Made by a program: the position numbers and the translations under genes. DNA of 64,000 nt, taken from Escherichia phage T5. The first letter of the stretch is position 1. Each line of letters opens with the position of its first letter. The notes beneath the pieces were generated by a model. The model made no database searches and was not told the origin of the DNA. It saw only the letters and a program-made list of their open reading frames with translations. Location of the stretch: the sequence record AY587007.1, one strand, 5' to 3'. Shown here piece after piece: positions 39,789-50,264 of this stretch.

Positions 39789-40684
39789 TATTTTCTTTCT
39801 CCAAAGAAGTTTATTTCTACAGGGTCTGAATCAGCAGTAGGGATTACGTCATACTCTACCTGATACAAATCTGAGAAGTTTAGGCGTTTTGAAATACGTG
39901 CTAAAGGGAATGTTATAGAAACATATTTATTTTTAATAATTAGTGGAGTTCTTGTTTCAGGATCTAGATTCAAGAACTTATCTCCTACCAATCTCTTAAC
40001 ATAATAGAAAGCTAGCGTTGCGGAAGCATTCATCTCATTGACATAAGCTCGTTTATTAGTATAAATTTTATTTATATCAAATATATTTCTATCTTCTCTC
40101 CAAGAACATTGTTGCTGGAAAGACATAGATGCTGAAATTAGCGCTGGCAACGGAGAGCTATTAGTGTACACAGCAGGAGCGCTATATGGAAGAACTTCAC
40201 CCTGTGTAATTGTATATCCATCTCGGAAAGTAGATACTTCAGAGAATTTTCCAGACTCAATACCAACATTTAGGATCGGTATACTCTTATCTAGAGAAAA
40301 ATCAACTGTTGATACATAACAGTTTTCGAAATAAATACAGCTATTATTATGATTAATAATATACATATTGAACATAATAGGTTCAATATTGGGAGTATTT
40401 CTTGGCAAAAATAAAGAATTTCCCTCACGCGTGAATCCCATCCAATCAAAGAAGTTAGATTCAATAAGCGTAGTACTGAAATTTATTGCCAATGAAATAG
40501 ATGAAGGATCTTGAGCATTAATAATAGAGTCTGCATAGTTTGTACGATTATGAATAGTACGTCTAAGAGTTTTAAACTCTTGAAAAGACGTACTAGCGTC
40601 ATAGTTAGAGAGGGCATCGAAATGATACCCTCTACCGTCATACTCAATAACTATTTTAGACTCTCGCATGAGAGAATAAAACAT
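39788..40684 (-). CDS. hypothetical tail protein
   Basis: 298 aa immediately downstream of the tail tube gene. Confidence 0.4.
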   Translation of the reverse strand: MFYSLMRESKIVIEYDGRGYHFDALSNYDASTSFQEFKTLRRTIHNRTNYADSIINAQDPSSISLAINFSTTLIESNFFDWMGFTREGNSLFLPRNTPNIEPIMFNMYIINHNNSCIYFENCYVSTVDFSLDKSIPILNVGIESGKFSEVSTFRDGYTITQGEVLPYSAPAVYTNSSPLPALISASMSFQQQCSWREDRNIFDINKIYTNKRAYVNEMNASATLAFYYVKRLVGDKFLNLDPETRTPLIIKNKYVSITFPLARISKRLNFSDLYQVEYDVIPTADSDPVEINFFGERK

Positions 40685-40688
40685 TTAA

Positions 40689-42083
40689 TTAACCACCTGC
40701 TGTTACAGTAATAACTTTAGTGCCTTTAACACCAGAGCCGTCTTTAGCCGTGGCTTCAACAGTTACCGCACCGGTTTTACTAGCATCTGCTCTTAGTAAC
40801 CCTGTTGCATTGATAGTAGCTGCATCACCGGCAGTGATAGCCCAAGTAACTTCCTTATTCCTTGCGGAAGAAGGAGTAACTTCAACACTCATCTGAAGAG
40901 TAGCTGATCGATTTAATGTAGTAACATTTCCAGCAGACTTAACAGTAATTGCGGTTACAGCATCAGTAGCACCGTCACCATTAACAATTAGATTATTAAT
41001 AGTTGTTCTAGTATACTTACTAGAGAAGCCTAAGTAACCTTCGTCACCAGCATCCAGATCTGACGGAATAGCCTTAAATTCTACTGAAGTACCAAGTACA
41101 TCATCAGTCTCAATAGTAGGAATATTAACGTGCGCCTGTTTAGCTACTAGAATAGCTGCAGGACGTTCATCATCATACTCGCCACCAAGTACTAGGGCGA
41201 TTTCAAAGCGGTTAACTACCTTCAGAGTTTTGATAAGATCTTTATACAGTTCCATAGAACCAAGAGATTTATCATTCAGGTAAGCAGTTAATGAACCAGT
41301 TAATTCAAAAGCACCAGTAAAGGAACCAATTGGAATAGTAACACGGGACATTACATTAGGTGTTAGGTAAGTAATGTTGTTGTTAATAGTAAAAGTACCA
41401 CCGGTAATTGGTATATCATAAGACTTATTGGTATCCATGTCCTTGATCTTCAAGATCGTTAGTTTGTTCTTAATGTAAGAACCCTGGATAGTCATATAAG
41501 TTTCATCATCAATACCTATTTGATCTGGATCAAATGGTTGCTCATCCAGTGGGATTAGCTGGTTACCATTACCAGACCAAGTTACACGACCAATATCTTC
41601 AATATCAACGTTAACTTCTGCCTGATTAATCTGACAGGAATCGATATAACTCCACGTTTTATCAGTCAGAATGTAAATATGTAGCATTGCTAACTCATGA
41701 TAGGAATTATCTTTAAAGTTAACCATGAAGTTAGTAGCATTATTATGTGCTCCAGTAGTTCCTTCAAGATTAATAGCTCTACCACTAGAAAGTGCATGCC
41801 ATAACATATAGTCAGGAACAATTTGTTTGCTAGTATTTTTATCTTTATACGGCAGGATATAAGTAGAGAAACTCCACTCAGCTGCGTTTAAAGAGTCGTT
41901 AAAACGTTTAGAACCACGAGTTGGACGCGGACCAGCTTCATTAACAGTAATATCTGTTGAGTTACTGTCCTGACCCCAAGAAATATCATCCTGAACTAGA
42001 ATCTCTTGCGTGTTGGTCTTATTATGACCAGTCTTAACCGTAGACACGAAGATTCGAGTATTACGTAATAGTTGTAAAGACAT
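40689..42083 (-). CDS. major tail tube protein with C-terminal Ig-like domain (pb6-like)
   Basis: 464 aa; C-terminal ~90 aa has an Ig-like (BIG2-type) composition (TVEATAKDGSGVKGTKVITVTAGG). Confidence 0.7.
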   Translation of the reverse strand: MSLQLLRNTRIFVSTVKTGHNKTNTQEILVQDDISWGQDSNSTDITVNEAGPRPTRGSKRFNDSLNAAEWSFSTYILPYKDKNTSKQIVPDYMLWHALSSGRAINLEGTTGAHNNATNFMVNFKDNSYHELAMLHIYILTDKTWSYIDSCQINQAEVNVDIEDIGRVTWSGNGNQLIPLDEQPFDPDQIGIDDETYMTIQGSYIKNKLTILKIKDMDTNKSYDIPITGGTFTINNNITYLTPNVMSRVTIPIGSFTGAFELTGSLTAYLNDKSLGSMELYKDLIKTLKVVNRFEIALVLGGEYDDERPAAILVAKQAHVNIPTIETDDVLGTSVEFKAIPSDLDAGDEGYLGFSSKYTRTTINNLIVNGDGATDAVTAITVKSAGNVTTLNRSATLQMSVEVTPSSARNKEVTWAITAGDAATINATGLLRADASKTGAVTVEATAKDGSGVKGTKVITVTAGG

Positions 42084-42109
42084 TTAATTATTTTCTCCTA
42101 ATCTGTAAC

Positions 42110-42595
42110 TTATCTGCGAAGTGACCTACGTGGAGGCTGATACCTCACTGTTACATTTATTTCTGCTAAACCATATGGGGCCAGTAGACCCTCATCTGTA
42201 CTAACTGATGTAATGATCATATCAGTTGCCTCACATGGGAAGGTCGATCCATTAGGTTTACTAACAGTATATTCTAAATTTCCACCTGTGTCAATAACGG
42301 TTTTTATATCCGCTACGAGTTTTTCAAGTTGCTCTTGAATGTCTGTTTTCTCTTTATCGTACACCAGGATTGGAAGTTCTAAAAACATCCACTGTTGGCC
42401 TGAAGGAAGATACTGCCCAGTTTCAGTTCCGATATGAACTGCTACATAAGGAAACTCTCGTATTTCCTCAAATTTATAAGTTTGACGAGAAACGTTTCCA
42501 TATAGGTTATTAAAATATTCGTCAGGTTGAGAACCATCCATTTGTTTAGAGATTCGGTCAACCATAGCTTGTGCAATACTTGTTCTATGATCCAT
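42110..42595 (-). CDS. hypothetical head-tail joining / tail completion protein
   Basis: 161 aa between capsid and tail tube genes; positional call. Confidence 0.4.
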   Translation of the reverse strand: MDHRTSIAQAMVDRISKQMDGSQPDEYFNNLYGNVSRQTYKFEEIREFPYVAVHIGTETGQYLPSGQQWMFLELPILVYDKEKTDIQEQLEKLVADIKTVIDTGGNLEYTVSKPNGSTFPCEATDMIITSVSTDEGLLAPYGLAEINVTVRYQPPRRSLRR

Positions 42596-42598
42596 TTA

Positions 42599-43366
42599 TT
42601 AGGTTCCTTGATTAACCTTAATTTTATATCTGGAGTGAATCAGGTCTCTTGCAGCTTTTGCTATAGCCTCACCAATAAGTTTTTGTGGGTTTCTAGCGCC
42701 AGGATAAGGTCGTAGGGATAATCTTCTATATGTAGATACTGCCGGATTGAACACAGAATATGGACGAGTCATATAGTTATATGTTACGTTTAATTCAGGA
42801 GAGCCTTTACTAGTTTCAGAATCACGAAGCATAACATCTTTAATTTTTAAAGAGTTTGCAAAGCGACCAGTTCTAAACTTTAATGGTGCTCCAGCTTTTT
42901 TCATATCCTTTATTAAGTATTCTTTAGCAACTATTTCTAGTATAATCTTCATATTGCTGTTAGACACAAAACGTCCAGAAGCACCTGTTACTGCACCAGA
43001 ATATCCATCTTCAACATCACTAGGATCACCAAAGTTTACCTGTACCCTACCAGTAGAACGTTTTTTACCTACTGAGGATTTTTTACCGGCGGTTGCTTGT
43101 ATTAGATTCTCCAGAGCACCTAAATCTCCAGAAAGATCTAAACTAGAGGATACAGCTTTTAGTATAGAAGCTGTCCTAATGTTAAGGAGATCTTGTGATA
43201 CAGGTTTTGAAAACTTAAAGGATACTTGAGCAACAGTACCATCTCTGGTAGGATCTTTTAACCCTGTTTCAACAGAGTATACAACAGTATTCTTATTGTT
43301 TTCAGATCGGCTTGCAGTATCTAGCTGCTCTTTAATAATTTGTCTAGCTAGATCAGAAAGAGACAT
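42599..43366 (-). CDS. hypothetical tail completion protein
   Basis: 255 aa, tightly packed with neighbours in the head-tail junction block. Confidence 0.4.
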   Translation of the reverse strand: MSLSDLARQIIKEQLDTASRSENNKNTVVYSVETGLKDPTRDGTVAQVSFKFSKPVSQDLLNIRTASILKAVSSSLDLSGDLGALENLIQATAGKKSSVGKKRSTGRVQVNFGDPSDVEDGYSGAVTGASGRFVSNSNMKIILEIVAKEYLIKDMKKAGAPLKFRTGRFANSLKIKDVMLRDSETSKGSPELNVTYNYMTRPYSVFNPAVSTYRRLSLRPYPGARNPQKLIGEAIAKAARDLIHSRYKIKVNQGT

Positions 43367-43878
43367 TATACTCTCCTATACACTTCAATAATAGTACGAA
43401 TATGCTCTGGAATACCAGATTTAGTGTTATTGAAGGTTACTGTTTCACCACCAATTGTTCTAGCTTGGCGATAATCTTGTTTGTGCCAATGATCTACTAG
43501 CATACATGCTGCAAGTTTGAGATCCTCAGGCATTGGGTTAAACCCACCCTGTGTATATTCTACGTCCATATAACCTTCTGGAGGATTAAATTTAAGAAGT
43601 ATAACCCCATCAGAATACAACTTATACTGTTCAGGATCTATCTCCTTATCATTAATAGTCATTTTGGTTACTGAAGTAGCTGAGGGAGAACTTAAAAAGT
43701 ATTTTTTACGAGTAGGTTTTGTAGTGATTAACTGGTCTACTGCGTCAGCATCATCCATACCTAAAAGGCTAGTAATCAGCGCATTGGCAGCAGTAATCAT
43801 CACCTCTACTCCAGATTCTAGTTCCGGTCGTTTTAAACCACCATATAATCTATAGTCTTCAGCTGTGATTATTTGCAT
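43366..43878 (-). CDS. hypothetical head completion protein
   Basis: 170 aa, first gene downstream of the capsid gene terminator. Confidence 0.4.
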   Translation of the reverse strand: MQIITAEDYRLYGGLKRPELESGVEVMITAANALITSLLGMDDADAVDQLITTKPTRKKYFLSSPSATSVTKMTINDKEIDPEQYKLYSDGVILLKFNPPEGYMDVEYTQGGFNPMPEDLKLAACMLVDHWHKQDYRQARTIGGETVTFNNTKSGIPEHIRTIIEVYRRV

Positions 43879-43887
43879 TTATTTTTC

Positions 43888-43918
43888 CCAATAAAAAAGG
43901 AGAGCCGAAGCTCTCCTT
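43888..43918 (-). terminator. rho-independent terminator downstream of the major capsid gene
   Basis: AAGGAGAGC-cgaa-GCTCTCCTT hairpin followed on the minus strand by TTTTTATTGGG. Confidence 0.65.
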
Positions 43919-43937
43919 ATCGGCTGAAAAGCCTGTA

Positions 43938-45314
43938 TTAAGACGCAGCGTAAGTACCAGATACAACGCCATTTGCAAAGTAACGTTGCAGGTTAACACG
44001 CTGAGTAACGTAGTACGCATCACGCTGTTTACCAGCTTGGCGCTCACGTTCAACAGTAACAGCGCGCTGACGTGGCATTACGAAGTTATCTTTATAAACA
44101 ATAACTGCGAACTCTGCTGAGTTAGCTTTAGCTGGGAAATACTCGGAAACTACAACCGGCAGACCATAAATACGACCAACCTGACCTTGCAGTTTAACAG
44201 AATCGTTACCAACCTGGGCAACATCCTGCCATTCTTCATCTTCCAGCAGATCGTAGTAAGCATCCATAGATACGATCAGTACCAGTTTGCTCAGTTTCAG
44301 ACCATGACGACCCAGTTTACGACGCAGTTTGGAGATAGTTTTAGCAGTTACTAGAACAGAACCATCAGCTTTAGCCTCAGTAACAACCTTAGCACTATCT
44401 TCACTAGCAAGGGTCAGCAGACCTTTCGGCTTACCAGAACCATCACCAGTCATGAAAGCTTCTTCGATAGAAACAGCGTGTGCTTCAATCAGACGCTTAC
44501 GCAACAGCGGCAGCAGGGAGAAGATTGCATCTTCTTCAGTTTCATCAGTAATAAAGGACTTGGCAGCCAGTTTGTAAGTACTGAAGTGGATTTCTTTAAG
44601 AGCTCCTTTAACTTCCTCACCAGTAGTTGTATCGGTACCATAAGTAGAAGCAGCAACCCAAGTAGCTTTACCAGCATCCGGTTCAACCAGCATAGTAAGA
44701 ATCTTACTGGACATCGGCAGTTCTTCGAACAGTGCGCCAACTACCAGCTCTTTCTGCAGGTCGCGGATAATACGCTGAGAGAAAATAGTTTCATAGCTTT
44801 CACTAGAAACTTCTACGGAAGAAGACTGATTCACTGCTTTCAGGTGTCTCTGACCATGCTCGGTCTCGAATACGCCTTTTTCCATTACATAAGATAACAG
44901 AACCAGTTTTTCTACTTCGTCTTCAAAGTTTTCCTGAGTACCATACAGTGCTTTAGCTACGCTATCACCGACGAAGGAACGACCTTCACGAGCTGTCAGC
45001 AGAGATTTGATTTCATCCTGAAGACCAACAATAGTTTCCTGCTGTTTTTCTACTGTCTGCGCAAACAGTTCATTACTCTTCTTAGATTTCTCATCCAGCG
45101 ACTTAACCAGTTCCAGAGCCTCTTCCAGACGCTTACGGTCTTCGCCAACTGCTTTAGAAACCAGGTCATTCATACGAGCCAGTTCTTTTTCTTCCTGCTC
45201 TTTACGCATACGTTCAGCTTCCTGAGCTTTCTGAGCAGCGGTCAGACCTTCCAGAGATTTAGCCAGATCACCCAGACCAAGTTCTTCTTTCAGCTTATTA
45301 ATATCAATAGTCAT
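43938..45314 (-). CDS. major capsid protein with N-terminal scaffolding (delta) domain (pb8-like)
   Basis: 458 aa; N-terminal ~150 aa is a charged coiled coil typical of fused scaffolds; strong major-codon bias; protease gene directly upstream. Confidence 0.8.
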   Translation of the reverse strand: MTIDINKLKEELGLGDLAKSLEGLTAAQKAQEAERMRKEQEEKELARMNDLVSKAVGEDRKRLEEALELVKSLDEKSKKSNELFAQTVEKQQETIVGLQDEIKSLLTAREGRSFVGDSVAKALYGTQENFEDEVEKLVLLSYVMEKGVFETEHGQRHLKAVNQSSSVEVSSESYETIFSQRIIRDLQKELVVGALFEELPMSSKILTMLVEPDAGKATWVAASTYGTDTTTGEEVKGALKEIHFSTYKLAAKSFITDETEEDAIFSLLPLLRKRLIEAHAVSIEEAFMTGDGSGKPKGLLTLASEDSAKVVTEAKADGSVLVTAKTISKLRRKLGRHGLKLSKLVLIVSMDAYYDLLEDEEWQDVAQVGNDSVKLQGQVGRIYGLPVVVSEYFPAKANSAEFAVIVYKDNFVMPRQRAVTVERERQAGKQRDAYYVTQRVNLQRYFANGVVSGTYAAS

Positions 45315-45331
45315 TTTTAAATAATTCTCCG

Positions 45332-45964
45332 TTATTCTTTAACGTAGCCTAAAGCTATCGCAAGTTTTTCTAGTTCAGAAAGATTACGTTCTTGAGCTGG
45401 GACAGCTTTAGAACTTATTGCAGTAAAAGATTTACGCCATTCAGTATAATCATGACCATTCATGCTCTTAGCGAGATTGAATGTTGAGTCCTGATTACAA
45501 GGTACAGAAACTACCGAAACTTCGTATAGTTCTAAATCTTTAATAATAAATATATCAGTAGCTTCATCCCACTCTGCATCTAGGCAGCGGAATCCGATAC
45601 TAAAAGTTTTCAGTACACCGTTTTTAATTAGTGAAAAGATAGCCGGGTCAGAACTTTCATAGATCTCACATTCGATTTCGAGACCCATTTCAGTAGGGTT
45701 AAGATCAATACACTTACCGATTGGACGACGATGATCGTGTCCGAAAAGAATAATCGGGTTTTTCATGTAGTTAGTAAGTGCATTAGACGTTTTCCACGCA
45801 GAAGCAGGAATTACATCACCAGCGCGATCTTTACTAATTGTGTTAGCGAATCCACGGATTTTTACAACACCTTCTTTGGATTCGCTATCAATAGATTTAA
45901 TATAAGCATCTAAATGAACGGGTGCTGATTTTAACTTGTTATAGTCAATAGCAGCTTGTGTCAT
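45332..45964 (-). CDS. prohead protease (pb11-like)
   Basis: 210 aa between decoration and capsid genes; segment PIILFGHDHRRPIGK is consistent with HK97-type protease. Confidence 0.6.
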   Translation of the reverse strand: MTQAAIDYNKLKSAPVHLDAYIKSIDSESKEGVVKIRGFANTISKDRAGDVIPASAWKTSNALTNYMKNPIILFGHDHRRPIGKCIDLNPTEMGLEIECEIYESSDPAIFSLIKNGVLKTFSIGFRCLDAEWDEATDIFIIKDLELYEVSVVSVPCNQDSTFNLAKSMNGHDYTEWRKSFTAISSKAVPAQERNLSELEKLAIALGYVKE

Positions 45965-45967
45965 TTA

Positions 45968-46462
45968 TTAGCCTCCAGGAACAGTAGGATTAACTGTCAC
46001 AGCACATGTAGTAGAATCCTTACTTACTTGCTTACTATCTGTTACAGTTACTTTATAAGAGCCGGCATCCTCAGCTGCTGCTGTAGGCTTAGTATAGGTA
46101 GCTCCTGAAGCATCCGGAATAGGAGAACCATCTTTAGTCCATGCATAAGTATATGGACCAGTACCACCAGTTGCAGTAACAGAAAGTGTTAATGCTGCTC
46201 CCTCTTCAACTGACATGCTAGCAGTTAAATCTTTAGAAAGAGTTAATGGTGGAGCCGGTGGGGCCGGAGGAATTGCTTTACCATAAGCCTCTACAAATTT
46301 CTTCCATACTTTACGGTTAGTATGCGCAGATGAAAGCCCTAGTTCTCTACGCAGAAAAGCATAGCTAGGAACATATTTATGCGCAGCAACCGTAGCAAAG
46401 AAGATATGAGATTCTGGTAGTTTTTCACCAAAAATGGTCCTTAGACCACTATAATCAATCAT
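45968..46462 (-). CDS. capsid decoration protein with Ig-like domain (pb10-like)
   Basis: 164 aa; C-terminal Ig-like segment TLSVTATGGTGPYTYAWTKDGSPIPDASGATYTKP...GSYKVTVTD. Confidence 0.6.
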   Translation of the reverse strand: MIDYSGLRTIFGEKLPESHIFFATVAAHKYVPSYAFLRRELGLSSAHTNRKVWKKFVEAYGKAIPPAPPAPPLTLSKDLTASMSVEEGAALTLSVTATGGTGPYTYAWTKDGSPIPDASGATYTKPTAAAEDAGSYKVTVTDSKQVSKDSTTCAVTVNPTVPGG

Positions 46463-46464
46463 TC

Positions 46465-47676
46465 TTAATCTCCCTCGGTGGAACCTTTAGGTCTACCACC
46501 TTCTTGACCAGATACACCTGTTGCAGAACCAGCGACGTTAGCAGGAATACGGATCTTATTCATCTGCTCATCATCTAAAGGCTCCAGGTTCAGCTCTGAA
46601 CGAGCTTCGTTACCGGTTATAATACCATTATTAACCAATGAGGTTAAATGTTTAGCCTCTGCTTCTTTATCTGGTGTTAATGCTGCGACTTCCTTAGTAT
46701 TAGGAGTGATCTTATAACCAAAAAAGAAAGTAAGAGAACTAGTCAGTTTGTTCAGCATAGGAATGATAGTCATATAATAGAACAATTCGATGTTTGGTCG
46801 AATATTCGCATTATTACCACCATCAAGCAGTACTTGCGGAACTCCAAAGGCTAGACAAATAGATTTATTAAACCCTTCTATGTCTTCCTTAAAGTCTAGA
46901 TCTTTAAAAGAGGATATTTGGGAGTACGGTTTAGCTTTCATACCACCATCTAGAATCAGGACAGAGGACTGACCCGTACTAGGATTATAATCGAGTTGTA
47001 ATTCTTCTTGTTTACGCTCACGCAATTTCTTGTTCAGGATTTCATCCGTCTCAAGAATAAGACCAATCACGGTTCCGTTATCGAGGAATTTCTCTTTAAA
47101 GTTAAGCATCTTAGAACGCTTCTCAAGAGAATCAATAACAGTAGCAACACGAGATTGGCCAGAAATTTGAGAGTTTGTGCCACACACGTAACTGTTATCC
47201 TTTATAAAGATAATCTCATCTACGCGATAGTTTATCTGATTATTAAATATAAATTTTTTGATAAACTTATTGGCATCTGCCTCGACCTGCATAAGAGCGG
47301 CCGGGACATGGTAAAGCGATGTGCCATCCCAATAGATGTATGCACAACCTTCAAAAAGTAGGTCAGTGACTACAAGTCTACGGAATGTGCTTATATCCAT
47401 GAATGGATTAGGTCGTACATTTAAGAGAGTGTCTAGAGTCTTTGTTTTGACGCCATTAGCGTACGTAACAATATTATATTTATCTCCGACAGTATAAGAA
47501 CACTCCGCCGCACTATCTATAACCATATTAGCAGTTCTATTGAGAATCTCAATTTTACTGTAGGCTTGTCCAGTGGTAAAAGGCTTACGGTTAGTGCGAT
47601 GACTAACTGGTTCCATGTCTCTTATAATACGTTGACCCGGATTTAGCTTTTCAGTAATCCAGCTTTTAAAACCCAT
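46465..47676 (-). CDS. portal protein
   Basis: 403 aa, placed between terminase-proximal genes and the protease/capsid genes. Confidence 0.7.
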   Translation of the reverse strand: MGFKSWITEKLNPGQRIIRDMEPVSHRTNRKPFTTGQAYSKIEILNRTANMVIDSAAECSYTVGDKYNIVTYANGVKTKTLDTLLNVRPNPFMDISTFRRLVVTDLLFEGCAYIYWDGTSLYHVPAALMQVEADANKFIKKFIFNNQINYRVDEIIFIKDNSYVCGTNSQISGQSRVATVIDSLEKRSKMLNFKEKFLDNGTVIGLILETDEILNKKLRERKQEELQLDYNPSTGQSSVLILDGGMKAKPYSQISSFKDLDFKEDIEGFNKSICLAFGVPQVLLDGGNNANIRPNIELFYYMTIIPMLNKLTSSLTFFFGYKITPNTKEVAALTPDKEAEAKHLTSLVNNGIITGNEARSELNLEPLDDEQMNKIRIPANVAGSATGVSGQEGGRPKGSTEGD

Positions 47677-48128
47677 TATAAGAACCTTGCGAATCCTGAT
47701 TTTGTTTCAGTCTTGACTTGTGTCTTTTCTTGAGGATTCTGTATTTTGTCTTTCTGCTTTTGAACCCATGCTTTCTGTTTATTAGCAGAAAATAATGGAG
47801 GTTCTTTCGTGTAAACCTTATGTAATAATTGGTGATGGTGCTGGCACAATGTTACCACGTCCCTAACTAACTCATGCTCATATTTCTTGTAGAATGCTTC
47901 CCTATTTGAAAGGACGATATTCTCATCAGTGAAATCCAGCTGGAGTTCTTTAGCAAATTTTTTTATTAGCTGAGATATAGTATGATAGTGATGAAGTTCT
48001 AGGTCTTCACTACTACCACATATAGCACAGCAACCATCCTTACTATACCTAGATTTTATACCATCCCTCATTATGGAAATGGCATCACGTTTGTACTTAG
48101 TATTAGTGGCCATACTCCTCCAATCCAA
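47676..48128 (-). CDS. HNH endonuclease
   Basis: 150 aa track ORF; HNH zinc motifs CAICGSSEDLELHHYH and LCQHHHQLLH; likely start at internal MATNTKYK; sits between terminase and portal. Confidence 0.65.
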   Translation of the reverse strand: MDWRSMATNTKYKRDAISIMRDGIKSRYSKDGCCAICGSSEDLELHHYHTISQLIKKFAKELQLDFTDENIVLSNREAFYKKYEHELVRDVVTLCQHHHQLLHKVYTKEPPLFSANKQKAWVQKQKDKIQNPQEKTQVKTETKSGFARFL

Positions 48129-48936
48129 AGCTATTTAGAAAGATTACTATATCCTCAGGAGCAACATTAAAAAATTCCGTGCTTCCTGTAAAATTAGAAA
48201 ACCCACAGTTTTTATTATAATATTCTCTGTGAACTTCCTTTTCTAAATCTAAAGCAGTCTCTCTATCTGGCAGATGATACATGGTGAACAAGTACAGGTC
48301 AGAAAATCCAGATTCTCTTTTAACTTCATTCAACCGTTTCTCGGGATATAAGCTTATGCCTACTTTAGTACCGCTAGAGAAGGACATGATATAGAGGAAT
48401 CCACCATTCTCCCACTTAAGAGAACAATAAGGACATCTCTTACCTTGAGTCAATCCATCTAAGGTAATGAAACAGTCATGCCCATTATTGCAGCGTAGAT
48501 GTAGTTTTGTTTTAGCATTAGTATAGCTGCTTAACAGAGTATACCCTATATTAGATATTCTGTTACTAACTTCATCTAACGATATTGTATTATTGGAGCA
48601 GTGTGGACAACCTCTCCTCATATGGAGTATAGAATGTGGTGTTGCTTCCCAAACGTGTGCTCTCTGGCATTTAAATACTGTTTTTGTACGTTGGTTTACA
48701 TATTCACCGACAATTTGGATTCCACGATCAGCTAATCTAATATTTATATCTTTTATTGTTAGCTTTTGTCGACCCATAGAATCTCCTACACCCATGTAGA
48801 GCATTAATTTTTCTTGTTTACGTTCTATTATGGGAGAAGTTCTCCCGATCAATGAATATAGTATACATAATCGTATCGAATTTGTAAAGGGGATTTTAAA
48901 ATACAGGAATGGGATACCAACTGAGTAGTATCCCAT
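48103..48936 (-). CDS. Zn-ribbon plus GIY-YIG-like (T5orf172-type) putative homing endonuclease (paralog)
   Basis: 277 aa; Cys/His repeats (KCQRAHVW...CPHCSN; RCNNGHDC...CPYCS) and C-terminal GFLYIMSF...KVGIS; same architecture as 38107-38919; start uncertain. Confidence 0.5.
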   Translation of the reverse strand: MGYYSVGIPFLYFKIPFTNSIRLCILYSLIGRTSPIIERKQEKLMLYMGVGDSMGRQKLTIKDINIRLADRGIQIVGEYVNQRTKTVFKCQRAHVWEATPHSILHMRRGCPHCSNNTISLDEVSNRISNIGYTLLSSYTNAKTKLHLRCNNGHDCFITLDGLTQGKRCPYCSLKWENGGFLYIMSFSSGTKVGISLYPEKRLNEVKRESGFSDLYLFTMYHLPDRETALDLEKEVHREYYNKNCGFSNFTGSTEFFNVAPEDIVIFLNSFGLEEYGH

Positions 48937-48947
48937 CCTATACTTAT

Positions 48948-50264
48948 TTATTTACCACGGGAAATAGAGTAAATTCCATAGCGGAGCGCATCACAAAGGT
49001 GAGAGTTAGCATCATGACGTGGTTTTTCACGTGATAATTTCTCTTCGCCTTCTTGGAAGTCCCACTTATAGTTCTGCAATGCATGAATTAAGGAGGAACA
49101 TGAAGCATCTACAATAATCTTGCCCTGCTGGAATAGCGCTTGCAGGCATGCTAGACCATCTAGGACAGACTTTTTAGCTGGAGCAGATGCAATTTCATGC
49201 TCATATGCTAAATCCTGGCGGAACTGAGCTGCTGCAGAGTCAACAAAAATACGATCAACTTTATAACGATCTATACAGTGCTGAATATAAGCAGCATGCT
49301 GAGCTGTAGTTTTCTCCGCCTGCTGGTACTCTTCTAATACATAGTAAGTATCCGTATCGTAATGATATTTAATAGTAAGAACTGCTGTAGGATCACGATA
49401 ACCAACGTCAATACCAAGCAACGTTTCGAATGCTTCATCATCTTTAAAGAAGTGACGCATACCTTTGAGGTCTTTAACATGATCGATAGCATTAAAGGTA
49501 TCAAAGATCTGGCCCTCGAATACAGAGAAGTCAGCCTCGTATTCTTGGCGGAAGTAGTTTTTACTAACTGTACGGCGTGCTTCCTCAATATCATTCAAGT
49601 CAGCACGTGGGTTATCACGATATGTACCATGAATAGATACCCAGTTAGGCAACGTATCATCAAATCCGTAGGCGTAAAACTCTTTAAACCAGTTACCTCC
49701 ACGAGGGGTGGAAATAAATAGAGCCTTAGAATTAGGTTTATCCAGAGTAGGACGCAGCTGAACCCTGAAAGCATCACCACCCACATCGGAAATTGCCGCT
49801 TCGTCAAAGATGATAAAATCATATGAACGTCCAACTGCGGAGTCAGCCTGCGCCGCAGAAGCTAGTTTGAAGAGCGAGCCGTTTGCCAGCTCAATCTCTT
49901 TATCTTTGGCGTTTTCACGTTCGGTTTGTAGGCCATACTTCTTGATAAGACCACGAATCTGTGACCAACCAATGTTAGCCAGTGAGTAGTTAGGGGCAAC
50001 TACTAGTACCTTCACATTAGGTTCCAGCAATTTTAGGAACCCAAGTGTGTATGCGATGAAGGATTTGCCTACACGACGTGACACACACGCTGTTACAAAA
50101 CGATGTCTAGGGTCCTCTAGGGCATTAATAATCGCTATTTGAGGACCATTAGGTGTAATACCTTCTTGTGCTAGTATTCCTGAAACAGGTAGACGAAAGA
50201 AACGTTTATCTATCCCGAAATCGATAACATCTACTGTATTAACGTAGGGTCTTGATACTTCCAT
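48948..50264 (-). CDS. terminase large subunit
   Basis: 438 aa; Walker A-like SRRVGKS, Walker B YDFIIFDEAA, C-terminal nuclease-like region. Confidence 0.8.
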   Translation of the reverse strand: MEVSRPYVNTVDVIDFGIDKRFFRLPVSGILAQEGITPNGPQIAIINALEDPRHRFVTACVSRRVGKSFIAYTLGFLKLLEPNVKVLVVAPNYSLANIGWSQIRGLIKKYGLQTERENAKDKEIELANGSLFKLASAAQADSAVGRSYDFIIFDEAAISDVGGDAFRVQLRPTLDKPNSKALFISTPRGGNWFKEFYAYGFDDTLPNWVSIHGTYRDNPRADLNDIEEARRTVSKNYFRQEYEADFSVFEGQIFDTFNAIDHVKDLKGMRHFFKDDEAFETLLGIDVGYRDPTAVLTIKYHYDTDTYYVLEEYQQAEKTTAQHAAYIQHCIDRYKVDRIFVDSAAAQFRQDLAYEHEIASAPAKKSVLDGLACLQALFQQGKIIVDASCSSLIHALQNYKWDFQEGEEKLSREKPRHDANSHLCDALRYGIYSISRGK

